Below, one piece after another: positions 27,825 through 37,950 of a DNA stretch of 64,000 nucleotides; position 1 is the first letter of the stretch; each line of letters opens with the position of its first letter. The position numbers were made by a program, and so were the translations under genes. Source of the stretch: Christensenellales bacterium (GTDB taxonomy: Bacteria; Bacillota; Clostridia; Christensenellales; CAZKXV01); the NCBI GenBank assembly GCA_050952545.1, contig JBMNLD010000003.1, forward strand, positions 225,683 through 289,682, read 5' to 3'. The notes below the pieces were generated by a model, which worked only from the letters and a program-made list of their open reading frames with translations, did not search any database and was not told where the DNA came from.

Positions 27825-30698
27825 TTATTCGCCCCTGCCCATTAAGCGCAGTATGTTCTTGCGTTTTGCCTCATATCCGCCCGGGGTCTCGTCATAAAAA
27901 TTTAATTTAATCGCTGTTTCCGTAAGCTGCAGCGCCGCCTCGAAATTTTCTTTCTTGATATAAATTGATATCAGCCGCTTTATTACGGGAACGGTCTTTA
28001 ATAAATCTTTTTTCATCATCAGCTTGATTTCTTTGATACACACTTCCTCCGCGATATCCGCTATGCTTGAATTCACACTCTCTCTGACCTTGGCGGCATC
28101 AAGCAGCTTTCTATTGCATTCGGATATAAACGCCTTGTCCGCGGCATATAGCTTTACCACATATTCGTACAGTATCAGCGTAAGCTCGAAACTTACGGAT
28201 TTGCCCATAATATCTATGTATTTAATGACATTCTTAAAGAATTCCGTATTATCACCGTTAAGAACATATTGCGGAAATCTCGATATGCTCACTCCCACGG
28301 GATTCATAAATAATTCCTGAAATTCCTGTCTTAATTTATAGGGCAGGGTGTTATAGAAATCGTCAGCTATGACGGATATCCTCTCTTCAGGCTCGATATC
28401 GCCGCCGCTTAGCTTTTCTTCAAACTCGTTATTTATAACCTCTCTATTAGCGTGATTGGTTTTGCTGACATAAGCGATAATTTCCTCGTCTTCGCCTTTT
28501 TCTAGCATTTCAAGCATTTTTTTGTAGGATATAGCCGCTTGGTGTTGAGCGGGTTCCCGCTCTTTTTTTGCTGCGTTTTCGCCGATTATTTCGTCTCCCG
28601 TTATGAATTCCCCTTTATTCTCATCGTCTGAGGTTACTCCGATATACCCGTCCGTTATTACATTATTTCCGTCTGCAATTTCATAAGTAATACCGTATTC
28701 GCTCGGGATATATTCATCTGCCGATTCATCGGCTATTTCATCCGTTACTTCTTGAATAACCTCGCTTGATTCTTGAATTTCATCCGTTTCATCGCTATTA
28801 TCGTCCTCGTTATCTTTAATTTCCTCCATCTCGTCCGATACTGCGATAATATCTTCGGTAATTTCATCGGTAACTTCGTCTGCTTTTTCAATCCCCTCGC
28901 TCTCATCGGCGGGCGCTTGGGTATTGCCGATTACGATATTAATGTTTTCATTTTCGTACGGCTGCTCGTCATAATCGGGAATATTTGCCTCGCGTTCAAC
29001 GGGTATTTTATCCGTTTCTCCGGATATCGATTCATTTACGCCTGTTAACTCTTCATCCGAACTTGCTTTCAGAAATTCTTTCAGATCATAATCTTCATCT
29101 TCAGAGCCGCTGCCGCCGTCCCCGTCTTGAGCCGTTATATCAGTCTCATAGTCTGCCGCCTCATTCTCTTCCGAGCCGATATCGACGCCTTGGATTTCAT
29201 CGTCTCCGGCTTGAATTGTGTCTATATCGTCTTTCTCTCGATCGCTTTTATTATCGTCCCCGGCTTCATAATATTCTTCATCGTCGCGGTCTTCATCGTC
29301 TTCGTCGTCGTCATCGTAATAAGCGGTACTTGTATTAAGTTTAACTATCGACTCGCTGACAACCGCAACCTCGGCTGCTTTGTCTAATTCGTCAATTCCG
29401 ATAAGCGCTAATTCCTCTTCTTCAAGAAATTCCTCGTCTATTTCCAGCGTATCGCCTTTTTTATAAATGATTTTTATCTCATCCTCAACCGAGGGCTCGT
29501 CGTCCTCCTGTATCAGATAAGACCTCTCGAATTCCATTCTGAAATTGCTGGGTTTAGGTTGAGGGACGAATATTTCCTTGTTTTCTTCTTCCTGTTTTAT
29601 TTCCGCGCTTTTCTCTGCCGGCGCGCTTTCGTTCTTTATAATGACGATATCCGATTCGTCTATTGATAAATCTTTATAGAGATTGCCGATAAACCTTGAT
29701 TCCTCGTCATAATATTTATCGTCATCGTCATTCATTATCTCTTCGTTAAGCGAGCTGTAAACCTTGCGCTTTAACAATGCGTACGCGGCGAGCGTATAGA
29801 CAAGCAGCAGGAAATACATTGAAGTTAAGGCAATAATGCCCGCGGAGCCCCCGGGAGAAGAGCCTACCGACATGATGCAATAAATAGCGTAAAACGCCGA
29901 ATACCCCGTACTTATAATGTACTTGCTTAGGTTAAAGCGCCTGAAACTGTTATTCGCTATTACTAAAATCAAATTGGTAACAAGATTAAATACAAACAGC
30001 GCAAAAAACAACTGCGACAGTGCCGCGTATACGCCGTCAGAGCCTATCAGATTTACCAGCGGTCCGTAATTTAAGCCGGGGATATTCGGAAAATACACTG
30101 AATTTACGCCGCTGATTCTGATGCCTCCTACAGACAGAAAATCCAGCATCCACAGGAATATGCCGCTTACCATAAGCACCGCGCTTATAGCCTTGTAATT
30201 GATTATCGCGACCCTGTCGCTTACGCCGTAATAGAGATTTAATGTGAATGAGAACAGATAAATAATAAGGTTTATGCCGAGCGCGCCCGTTACGGTCTCT
30301 TCTAATAGCACCTGTCCGTCCGAGGACGCGACAGAGAGATAAATCATTATTAGAATTATTAACCCCGATATGGTAAACCTTAGAGAATTGACGAGTTTCA
30401 TCACTCTCGCGTTGGTGTAACCCGCCTGCCACAGGCTCATGCAGATATTGATTACCGCAAGGGACAGCGCCGTAATAACCGTGCTCTTTAACAGTATATA
30501 CTCAGGCGAATGCATTACGGAAGACGCGTCTCTGTCGAGGAGCTGATATGCGTATATCCTGACGGTTTCACCGAAATAGTCGTGTATCGTATACACCCTG
30601 AACACAAATGAAATAAGCGCGAGCGCCGAGCATGCAAAAAGCGCCCACATCAGCGGATAATAATTAATTTTTTTGATTTTAGTAAAATTGTTAATCAT
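27825..30698 (-). CDS. Large membrane protein with hyper-acidic disordered linker, function unknown
   Basis: 957 aa. About 9-10 hydrophobic helices in the first ~310 aa. A D/E-rich stretch of ~380 aa follows (e.g. 'YYDDDDEDDEDRDDEEYYEAGDD'). The C-terminal domain is helical. Confidence 0.8.
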   Translation of the reverse strand: MINNFTKIKKINYYPLMWALFACSALALISFVFRVYTIHDYFGETVRIYAYQLLDRDASSVMHSPEYILLKSTVITALSLAVINICMSLWQAGYTNARVMKLVNSLRFTISGLIILIMIYLSVASSDGQVLLEETVTGALGINLIIYLFSFTLNLYYGVSDRVAIINYKAISAVLMVSGIFLWMLDFLSVGGIRISGVNSVYFPNIPGLNYGPLVNLIGSDGVYAALSQLFFALFVFNLVTNLILVIANNSFRRFNLSKYIISTGYSAFYAIYCIMSVGSSPGGSAGIIALTSMYFLLLVYTLAAYALLKRKVYSSLNEEIMNDDDDKYYDEESRFIGNLYKDLSIDESDIVIIKNESAPAEKSAEIKQEEENKEIFVPQPKPSNFRMEFERSYLIQEDDEPSVEDEIKIIYKKGDTLEIDEEFLEEEELALIGIDELDKAAEVAVVSESIVKLNTSTAYYDDDDEDDEDRDDEEYYEAGDDNKSDREKDDIDTIQAGDDEIQGVDIGSEENEAADYETDITAQDGDGGSGSEDEDYDLKEFLKASSDEELTGVNESISGETDKIPVEREANIPDYDEQPYENENINIVIGNTQAPADESEGIEKADEVTDEITEDIIAVSDEMEEIKDNEDDNSDETDEIQESSEVIQEVTDEIADESADEYIPSEYGITYEIADGNNVITDGYIGVTSDDENKGEFITGDEIIGENAAKKEREPAQHQAAISYKKMLEMLEKGEDEEIIAYVSKTNHANREVINNEFEEKLSGGDIEPEERISVIADDFYNTLPYKLRQEFQELFMNPVGVSISRFPQYVLNGDNTEFFKNVIKYIDIMGKSVSFELTLILYEYVVKLYAADKAFISECNRKLLDAAKVRESVNSSIADIAEEVCIKEIKLMMKKDLLKTVPVIKRLISIYIKKENFEAALQLTETAIKLNFYDETPGGYEAKRKNILRLMGRGE

Positions 30699-30776
30699 AA
30701 TCTTTACTATTAGCGCAGATTAATATTATACATTAACTTTACGGATAAAGTCAATCGGGAATAAAATTATTAAGGC

Positions 30777-31064
30777 TTATTTTACGCCCTTTACAAATAG
30801 CTTTCTTAACATTAAATAGCCCGAATAAAGACCGAGCAGAAAAGTTATCAGGGTGTATATCCGCATCTCGCCGCTGTTTATAATAAACACAATTGAAAAA
30901 TACGCCGCGGCGCCGGTAACCGAGATAAAAAAGTACAGGATATCAGTAAGCGTTTTGTTTAATTTTACGGTTCGCGCGGCAAAACAAACAACGGAATACG
31001 CCATTCCGCCGAGAAAGAGGCATAACGCTACAAAAGGCTGCGAACCCGTGTTGATGATTGTCAT
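30777..31064 (-). CDS. yabQ: Small membrane protein, YabQ-like (spore cortex biosynthesis)
   Basis: 95 aa with 3 TM segments. 4 nt overlap with yabP. The call rests on the conserved yabP-yabQ gene order. Confidence 0.55.
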   Translation of the reverse strand: MTIINTGSQPFVALCLFLGGMAYSVVCFAARTVKLNKTLTDILYFFISVTGAAAYFSIVFIINSGEMRIYTLITFLLGLYSGYLMLRKLFVKGVK

Positions 31065-31321
31065 TTAATCAATTTCTTAAGAAAACTTATTTTCTCTCTG
31101 GTCTTGGAGTATTTTATTTCATTTACCTCGCCCGTAACGGTTAAGTTGCCCTCCTCAATGGAGAAATTGTCGATATTGAAATTATTGCCGTTAATTGTAA
31201 GAAGATTATCGCTGAGCTCCAGCATAACGCATTTATCGTCAAAGCTCTCGACATTAATCACGCCCGTTACGGTGATTTTCTTGGAAATATTCAGAGTATG
31301 TATTCTCTTTAACTCGCTCAT
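31061..31321 (-). CDS. yabP: Sporulation protein YabP
   Basis: 86 aa. 'HTLNISKKITVTGVINVESFDDKCVMLEL...LTVTGEVNEIKY' matches the YabP pattern. Confidence 0.75.
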   Translation of the reverse strand: MSELKRIHTLNISKKITVTGVINVESFDDKCVMLELSDNLLTINGNNFNIDNFSIEEGNLTVTGEVNEIKYSKTREKISFLKKLIK

Positions 31322-31404
31322 TACTCACCTCTTATATTATCTATATCCATAAAAATTATGAATTATTATCTATCTATTATAAATACTAAATAAGAGGTAG
31401 AATT

Positions 31405-32025
31405 ATGAATCAGGAAAACAATCATATTGACCAGGACAAGAAAGATAATTTCTCGGCGACCCTTATATCGAACGGCGGCGAACATACCGTTAAAAAAACG
31501 GATGTCAATATCGATATCGACAAGGATAATCCGAGCGCTAGAAAAATCATTATCGAAAAGCAAGTCAATGTAGTCCACAAAAGCGCGGAATCCCTTTCAA
31601 GATGCGAGTTAAAGCTTCTCGACGAGACTTACAGGATAGTTGCTACGGCAATAAGGTCAATCGAATATCTTGACAAGGATTTGAGCCGCGATATCAGAAA
31701 AGAACTGGACATTCAAATGAGCGCGTTCAAGGGGATATATTCGAGAGCGGTGGATTTTATGATGGAACAGGGCATCGAGCCCGCAAAAATCAACCCGATA
31801 AAAAAGGCGTTCAGATGGTCTCAGATTAAGATGTCCACGCTTAGGAAAAAAAGCGACTCGGATATCGCCGATATGATGATAAAGGGCTTGACTATGGGCG
31901 TAACCGAGATTATTGCCGCATTAAATCATTGCTCGCAAGACCGGACTAAAGAACCCAAAGCTATTGCTGTCGAACTGCTCGAAATATTGAGATCTTCCAT
32001 AAAGAGTATGGAGAGGTATTTATAA
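31405..32025 (+). CDS. Hypothetical protein
   Basis: 206 aa with AAGAGGT RBS. Polar N-terminus and helical C-terminus. No motif recognised. Confidence 0.5.
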   Translation: MNQENNHIDQDKKDNFSATLISNGGEHTVKKTDVNIDIDKDNPSARKIIIEKQVNVVHKSAESLSRCELKLLDETYRIVATAIRSIEYLDKDLSRDIRKELDIQMSAFKGIYSRAVDFMMEQGIEPAKINPIKKAFRWSQIKMSTLRKKSDSDIADMMIKGLTMGVTEIIAALNHCSQDRTKEPKAIAVELLEILRSSIKSMERYL

Positions 32026-33396
32026 TTTTTTGAGCGTATAGCCCTCTTTGGAATCTTGGATTATATAACCTTTTTCTTTGATAAGCTCTCTTAACGCGTC
32101 GGATCTTTTATAATCCTTATCTGACTTTGCCGAGAACCTTTCTTCGGCAAGTTCTCTTATTTCTTCGGGAATCTCGTCCGACTGCTTTATCTCTCGACTT
32201 AGAGACAGACCGAATACAGAGTCCATATCGAGCGCTTCGCGGTAAATATCAACGGACGGCTGTTCTTTCAGCATCTTCCACAGCGCGCCGAGGGCGAGCG
32301 GCACATTGAGATCGTCCGAGACGGCGTCAATAAATTCCGTACGGTATTTATTAATTACCTCTTCACTAGTCTTTAATGAAGAATTCTTATGCTCATCAAG
32401 TAATGCCCTCAATCTCTTTAAGGCGCTTTTGGCGCCGTCAAGCCCGTCAAAGGTGAAATTGAGTTTCTTCCTGTAATGCGCGTTCAGGCAGAAATACCTG
32501 AAATCCAAAGGCTCGTAACCCATATTAATAAGGTCGTCAAGATTGTAGGTGTTTTTCAGGCTCTTGCTCATTTTGCCGTTATCCACGAGCATAAATTCGC
32601 CGTGTATCCAGAAATTAACGCATTTACTTCCCGTCAGCGCCTCGTTCTGGGCGATCTCGTTCTCGTGGTGAATGGGTATATGGTCAACTCCGCCCGTATG
32701 AATGTCAAAGTATTCGCCGAGATATTTCCTGCTCATCGCAGAGCACTCTATATGCCAGCCGGGATAGCCCATACCCCAAGGGCTCTCCCATTGCATAATG
32801 TGGTTTTTTTCCGCTTTTTTCCATAGCGCGAAATCAGCGGGGTGCTTCTTGTCCTCGTTTACATCCACGCGGCTTCCCGCAATCTGGTCTTCAAGTTTTA
32901 TACCCGACAGCTTGCCGTATTCGGGAAATTTCGAGATATCGTAATATATTCCGTCTCCGGTCTCGTACGCGTAACCTTTATCAACAAGCGCCTTGACGTA
33001 TCCTATCATTTCCCCGATATGGTCGGTGGCCTTTACTATTAATTCGGGCTTGCCGATATTAAGGCGCGCCAAATCTTTCATAAACGCGCCGGTATAAAAT
33101 TCAGCTATCTCGTAAGGGCTTTTTTTCTGTTCGCGGCTAGCGAGCACCATTTTGTCTTCGCCCTCGTCTTGGTCGGATAAAAGATGTCCCACATCCGTGA
33201 TATTCATTACTCCCAGGATTTCAAATCCCTCGAGAATCAGCGCGCGGCGCAGGATATCCATAAAAATATATGTGCGCATATTGCCTATATGCGCGTAATT
33301 ATATACCGTAGGTCCGCAGGAATACATCCTGACACGGTTGTCGTCAAGCGCTATGAAATCTTCTTTTCTTCTCGTTAAGGTATTGTATAATTTCAT
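32020..33396 (-). CDS. cysS: Cysteine--tRNA ligase
   Basis: 'HIGN' and 'KMSKS' class I motifs. 458 aa. Confidence 0.95.
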   Translation of the reverse strand: MKLYNTLTRRKEDFIALDDNRVRMYSCGPTVYNYAHIGNMRTYIFMDILRRALILEGFEILGVMNITDVGHLLSDQDEGEDKMVLASREQKKSPYEIAEFYTGAFMKDLARLNIGKPELIVKATDHIGEMIGYVKALVDKGYAYETGDGIYYDISKFPEYGKLSGIKLEDQIAGSRVDVNEDKKHPADFALWKKAEKNHIMQWESPWGMGYPGWHIECSAMSRKYLGEYFDIHTGGVDHIPIHHENEIAQNEALTGSKCVNFWIHGEFMLVDNGKMSKSLKNTYNLDDLINMGYEPLDFRYFCLNAHYRKKLNFTFDGLDGAKSALKRLRALLDEHKNSSLKTSEEVINKYRTEFIDAVSDDLNVPLALGALWKMLKEQPSVDIYREALDMDSVFGLSLSREIKQSDEIPEEIRELAEERFSAKSDKDYKRSDALRELIKEKGYIIQDSKEGYTLKKL

Positions 33397-34079
33397 TGAT
33401 TTTCCTCTTCTTCGGGACTGTTCTCAATGCTGTTTACAATAGAGTACTTGCATGTGTGGATTTCGCATTTTTCTTCTAAGACGTTGATACGCCTGTTTAT
33501 TCTCATAAATTCCTCCAGTATCGGGTCGGGCAGCTTGATCTGGTCCATATCCGCGATACGCTTTTCGTATTGCTTTACTATCCTGCCCGGCACGCCGACG
33601 ACAGTCGAATAAGGAGGCACTTCTTTAAGGATGACGGAACCCGCGCCGATTTTACTGCCTTTGCCCACCTTGAAAGGACCGAGGATTTTCGCGCCCGCGC
33701 TTATCATCACATCGTCTTCAATCGTAGGATGGCGCTTGCCCGTGTCTTTTCCCGTTCCGCCTAAAGTTACGCCCTGATATATTACTACATTGTCGCCGAC
33801 TTCCGCGGTCTCGCCTATGACTACCCCCGCGCCGTGGTCAATGAATACGCGCCTGCCGATTTTCGCCGCCGGATGAATTTCAATGCCAGTAAGCCTTTTG
33901 GTGCGTTGCGATATCAACCTTGCTATAAACTTCATATTGTGCTTATAAAACCATTGCGCCCTTCTATGCCGCCATAGCGCTCTTACACCCGAATAGGTCA
34001 GGAGCACCTCAAGAAAGCTCCTTGCGGCGGGGTCCTTTTCAAGCACTACTTTAATATCTTCTCTTAATCTATTGAACAT
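33393..34079 (-). CDS. cysE: Serine O-acetyltransferase
   Basis: Hexapeptide-repeat region '[41 protein letters not shown]'. Confidence 0.9.
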   Translation of the reverse strand: MFNRLREDIKVVLEKDPAARSFLEVLLTYSGVRALWRHRRAQWFYKHNMKFIARLISQRTKRLTGIEIHPAAKIGRRVFIDHGAGVVIGETAEVGDNVVIYQGVTLGGTGKDTGKRHPTIEDDVMISAGAKILGPFKVGKGSKIGAGSVILKEVPPYSTVVGVPGRIVKQYEKRIADMDQIKLPDPILEEFMRINRRINVLEEKCEIHTCKYSIVNSIENSPEEEENQ

Positions 34080-34677
34080 TCTTTTCCTTCTCGTCGAGTT
34101 TACTTACATATTCGGCTATATCAATGCCGAATATCACTGCTCCCGCAATTTTCCTTACTTTATGAAAGCCTATTTTGTTATAAAAGTTCACGCCTTTTAT
34201 ATTTTGAGCCGAACAGCCTAAATGCAGCCTTGATACCCCGATTTCGTTTAAGTGCCGCATCAGCTTATTAATCAGTTTATGCCCGAGTCCCATTCTCTGA
34301 TAATCGTCCAGGATGTCTATATGTAAATGCGCGGGGTATTTATTGCCGATTCTCTTCATATACATAAATTCCAGCCGCCTTATTATCGCTTCTTTAAGCG
34401 ATAGCTTCCTGATTTTAGGCTGTTTATATTTAATGAATTTCTTCACGAATTCGGAATAATCAGGCGCGCATATGATATAGCCGACGGCGTTATCGTCTTT
34501 ATCCGCTACTACGAAACAATGTTCGCTCTCATGCTCGATATAATACTCCACGAAAAGAGCGGCGGTGATTTCTTTGTTCTTGGTGTAGGCGCCCGTTGCC
34601 GTACGAAAACACACTTCTCTTAAATTCTCATAATCATTTTCTTTATACTCTCTTATTGTCGCTGTTTTCATAATCAC
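34069..34677 (-). CDS. GNAT-family N-acetyltransferase
   Basis: 202 aa. '[14 protein letters not shown]' acetyl-CoA binding motif (Q/RxxGxG/A). Overlaps both neighbouring genes. Confidence 0.8.
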   Translation of the reverse strand: MIMKTATIREYKENDYENLREVCFRTATGAYTKNKEITAALFVEYYIEHESEHCFVVADKDDNAVGYIICAPDYSEFVKKFIKYKQPKIRKLSLKEAIIRRLEFMYMKRIGNKYPAHLHIDILDDYQRMGLGHKLINKLMRHLNEIGVSRLHLGCSAQNIKGVNFYNKIGFHKVRKIAGAVIFGIDIAEYVSKLDEKEKNVQ

Positions 34678-36452
34678 TCCTCAAGAACGGCTTTTATTCT
34701 TCTCACTCCCGCGGAAGAACTCTGTTCTTTTATTATCTTGAATTTTTTTAATTCGCCCGTGCGTTTTACATGCGGGCCGCCGCAAATTTCTTTGGAAAAG
34801 TCGCCTATTGTATACACCTTGACTCTTTCGCCGTATCTGCTCTGAAACACGCCGACCGCGCCTTCGTTCAGCGCCTCGTCCACGCTTTTTTCGGAGCAGG
34901 CGACCTCGATATCCTCCCGAATTGCTTTATTTACGAGCTCCTCTACCTCCGTTATTTCCCCGTCCGTCATAGCGCGGCTGAATTCGAAGTCGAATCTAAG
35001 CCTTTCGGCGGTAATATTGCTTCCTCTTTGCTTTACCTCTCTGCCCAATACTTTCATTAGCGCGGCGTGCATGAGGTGCGTCGCCGTGTGCAGCCTTGTC
35101 GTCATATAGGAGTTGTCTATAAGCCCGCCCTTAAATTTCTGGTCGGCGCCCGCCTGCGACTTCTTCTGGTGCTCGGAAAAAGCCTTTTCGTAGCCCTCTA
35201 TATCCACGCTGAAACCCTTTTCGCTGGCAAGCTCGATTGTAATCTCTATCGGGAATCCGAAAGTATCATAGAGTCTGAACGCCGTCTTGCCGTTCAACTC
35301 GCCTCCCTTTGTATAGAATATAACTTTCTCGAATTCCTTTATTCCCTGCTCGAGCGTCTTCATAAAGCGCCTGATTTCCGTAAGAATTTCCTCGATGATT
35401 TTATTATAATAGTCCGCTAATTCGGGATATACGCTCTTGTAACGCCCGATGAACACTTCCGCGATTTCTGTCAAAGATTCGGCGTTTACGGATAACACTC
35501 TGGAGAATCTGACCGAGCGGCGTATAAGGCGCCTTAACACATACCCCTGATCGACATTTGAGGGCGTAACGCCGTCAGAGAGTATAAACACCGCCGTTCT
35601 GATATGGTCAGCGATAATTCTCATCGCCTTGGTTATCTCGCCGTCCGAATTATAAGCCCTGCCCGACAACCGCTCCAGCGCCTTGATTGAATCTATAAAT
35701 ACATCGCTCTCGTACACGCCCGGTATTGAGTTAAGCACGCATATAGTGCGCTCTAATCCCATTCCCGTATCCACATTCTTTTGCGCAAGCGGCGTATATG
35801 TGCCGTCTTCATGCTTGAAATACTGCATGAACACATTATTCCATATTTCGAGATATTTGCCGCAATTACACGAGGGCTTGCACCCGGCGCCGCAAGGCTC
35901 TCTGCCGTCGTCGTAAAAAATCTCCGTGTCCGGTCCGCAGGGCCCGGTTGCGCCCGCGGGTCCCCACCAGTTATCCTTTTTCGACAGATAGAATATCCTG
36001 TCCTTGCTTATTCCGACGCTTTCCCAGATATTCGCGCTCTCGGTGTCGCGTTCGGCGTCTTTGTCGCCTTCAAATACCGTGACGGCAAGCTTCTCCCGGG
36101 GAATTTCAAGCACTTTTGTCAGGAACTCATAACTCATCTCAATAGATTCTTTCTTGAAATAATCGCCCAAAGACCAGTTGCCGAGCATCTCGAAGAATGT
36201 GCAATGCGAGCTGTCGCCAACGGAATCGATATCGCCCGTTCTCACGCATTTCTGGCAATTGGTAAGCCTTGTGCCCTCGGGATGCGTCTCTCCCGTAAGA
36301 TATGGCACGAGCGGATGCATTCCCGCGGTCGTAAACAGTACCGTAGGGTCGTTTACGGGTATTAAAGAGGCGGAGGGTATGACCTTATGCCCCTTTGATA
36401 CAAAATAATCAATATAAACCTGTCTTAATTCGTCCGATGATAGCCGTCTCAT
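34674..36452 (-). CDS. alaS: Alanine--tRNA ligase, short form lacking the C-Ala domain
   Basis: Catalytic N-terminus 'DELRQVYIDYFVSKGHKVIPSASLIP...FTTAGM'. Editing motifs 'HTATHLMH' and 'CGGPHV'. Ends ~40 aa after the editing domain. ATG at 36452 preferred (GAGGTG RBS overlapping the LysR stop); GTG at 36458 is possible. Confidence 0.85.
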   Translation of the reverse strand: MRRLSSDELRQVYIDYFVSKGHKVIPSASLIPVNDPTVLFTTAGMHPLVPYLTGETHPEGTRLTNCQKCVRTGDIDSVGDSSHCTFFEMLGNWSLGDYFKKESIEMSYEFLTKVLEIPREKLAVTVFEGDKDAERDTESANIWESVGISKDRIFYLSKKDNWWGPAGATGPCGPDTEIFYDDGREPCGAGCKPSCNCGKYLEIWNNVFMQYFKHEDGTYTPLAQKNVDTGMGLERTICVLNSIPGVYESDVFIDSIKALERLSGRAYNSDGEITKAMRIIADHIRTAVFILSDGVTPSNVDQGYVLRRLIRRSVRFSRVLSVNAESLTEIAEVFIGRYKSVYPELADYYNKIIEEILTEIRRFMKTLEQGIKEFEKVIFYTKGGELNGKTAFRLYDTFGFPIEITIELASEKGFSVDIEGYEKAFSEHQKKSQAGADQKFKGGLIDNSYMTTRLHTATHLMHAALMKVLGREVKQRGSNITAERLRFDFEFSRAMTDGEITEVEELVNKAIREDIEVACSEKSVDEALNEGAVGVFQSRYGERVKVYTIGDFSKEICGGPHVKRTGELKKFKIIKEQSSSAGVRRIKAVLEE

Positions 36453-36459
36453 TGTCACC

Positions 36460-37344
36460 TCAGGATTTCATTATTAAATCTACGAATTTCATTGACGCGA
36501 AATTCAAGGGCGCGCCTTTCATTGTGATAAGCCCTAACGAGCGCCTAGGCAGTTCGAAAGTTACGGGCACCTCGTAAATCTCGCCTTTATTCAAGTCCTT
36601 CTCGACATATTCTCTCGTAATACAGCCTAACCCCACACCCTTTAGCACGGCGTCGATAATAAGATCTATGCTGCAAAGCTCCAGTACGGGATTGAATTTT
36701 AGGTTATATGAAAGGAATTCCGCGTTGACGAAATGTCTGGACTTGGTCTTGTTCTCAAGCATTACGAGCGGATATTTTATCAGTTCCGCGGGCGTTAAGG
36801 GGCCTTTTATCTTGCCGTAATACTCTTTATTGCAGATAAAACAATCCACGATTTCTTTTACGGGCGTAATCTCGACATTAGAGGTGTCAATAGGAAGATT
36901 TACAAAGCCCATATCGATTTTACCTTGCTTTAATAGCAGCAGCGTCTTGTCCGAAGTGCGATTTTTTACATTAATCTTTATATCCGGATATTTTTTTAAG
37001 AACTTGACTATATAGTCCATAAGAAAATATTTGGATATCGAATCGCCCGCTCCTATGTTAATCTCGCCTATAGCGAGCTCTTTTAACTGAGTGAATTTAT
37101 TCTCCGCAATTTCAAGCAGCAGCAGCGCCTGCTTGACATATTCGTACATTATCTTGCCCTCGTAAGTTAAAGTCATTCCTTTGGACGAGCGCACGAAAAG
37201 CCTTCCGCCTAACTGTTCTTCAAGCTGCTTGATGGATTGAGAGAGCGCAGGCTGGGATATAAACAAATTTTTTGCCGCTTTTGTCAGCGATCCGCAATTT
37301 GCAGCGACATAAAAAACATTATATAATTCAAAGTTTACAGCCAT
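36460..37344 (-). CDS. LysR-family transcriptional regulator
   Basis: 'SLTKAAKNLFISQPALSQSIKQLE' HTH. Start moved to the ATG at 37344 (AGGAGA RBS). Confidence 0.85.
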   Translation of the reverse strand: MAVNFELYNVFYVAANCGSLTKAAKNLFISQPALSQSIKQLEEQLGGRLFVRSSKGMTLTYEGKIMYEYVKQALLLLEIAENKFTQLKELAIGEINIGAGDSISKYFLMDYIVKFLKKYPDIKINVKNRTSDKTLLLLKQGKIDMGFVNLPIDTSNVEITPVKEIVDCFICNKEYYGKIKGPLTPAELIKYPLVMLENKTKSRHFVNAEFLSYNLKFNPVLELCSIDLIIDAVLKGVGLGCITREYVEKDLNKGEIYEVPVTFELPRRSLGLITMKGAPLNFASMKFVDLIMKS

Positions 37345-37364
37345 AAATCTCCTTAATTTCAATT

Positions 37365-37393
37365 ATTATAGCAGTATATATTCCTAAAATCAA
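37365..37393 (-). promoter_or_regulatory. Sigma-70-like promoter for the LysR-alaS-GNAT-cysE-cysS unit
   Basis: Minus strand TTGATT, 17 nt spacer, TATAAT. Confidence 0.45.
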
Positions 37394-37464
37394 TTATTCT
37401 TAAAAGTTTATGATATAGCGCTATTAGATTTTTGCAGATAAAAGCTGATATTATAACCCGACGG

Positions 37465-37950
37465 TCATCGGCGCTTATAAGTGTTGAATGTGAAATTCAG
37501 ACCGTTTTCATTGATTACGGCGCCGGTAAAATCAAGATAAAAGCCTTTGTGTTCGTCGATATTTTTTATAAAGACATCCGCGCCGCCGTCTGCGTCCACT
37601 TTGGTTATATATAATTTGTCGCAATAGTCAAGCAACGCGTTATAGACTTTCGCGCCGCCTATTACGAACACATCTTCGGAATTTATGTCGACGGTCCGAA
37701 AAAGCTCCTCGACCGAGCCAACGCATATTAAATTCCCGTCTTCGGGAATTTGTCCGCTTGTAAGCACAATATTCCTCCGCCCTTTCAGCGGCTTCCCCCC
37801 GGGCAGCGATTCAAGCGTCTTTCTGCCCATAATCACGGTTTTACCCAGAGTTTTTTCCCTGAAAAATTTCATATCCGACGGCAGGTTAAAAAGCAAACCT
37901 CCGTCTTTACCGATACCCCATTTATTGTCGACAAGGCAGATGAGTTTCAT
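37465..37950 (-). CDS. folA: Dihydrofolate reductase
   Basis: 161 aa. 'WGIGKDGGLLFNLPSDMKFFREKT' and 'VIMGRKT' motifs. 4 nt overlap with thyA. Confidence 0.9.
   Translation of the reverse strand: MKLICLVDNKWGIGKDGGLLFNLPSDMKFFREKTLGKTVIMGRKTLESLPGGKPLKGRRNIVLTSGQIPEDGNLICVGSVEELFRTVDINSEDVFVIGGAKVYNALLDYCDKLYITKVDADGGADVFIKNIDEHKGFYLDFTGAVINENGLNFTFNTYKRR

Noticed and set aside
28600-29740. Repetitive GAT/GAA/GTC-rich DNA that looks like a tandem repeat array.
   Set aside because: It stays in frame within the 957 aa ORF and encodes the D/E-rich linker. There are no regular unit lengths or spacers, so it is not CRISPR or a satellite.
34069-34677. GNAT between alaS and cysE as a TacT/AtaT-like aminoacyl-tRNA-acetylating toxin.
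   Set aside because: There is no adjacent small antitoxin (RHH/DUF1778-like) gene. The GNAT overlaps biosynthetic genes on both sides in one operon. It is kept only as a substrate idea in the alaS finding.
37415-37424. Palindrome ATAGCGCTAT upstream of the LysR gene as a LysR box.
   Set aside because: It is only 10 bp with no T-N11-A spacing and lies upstream of the predicted -35 box. That is too weak to call.
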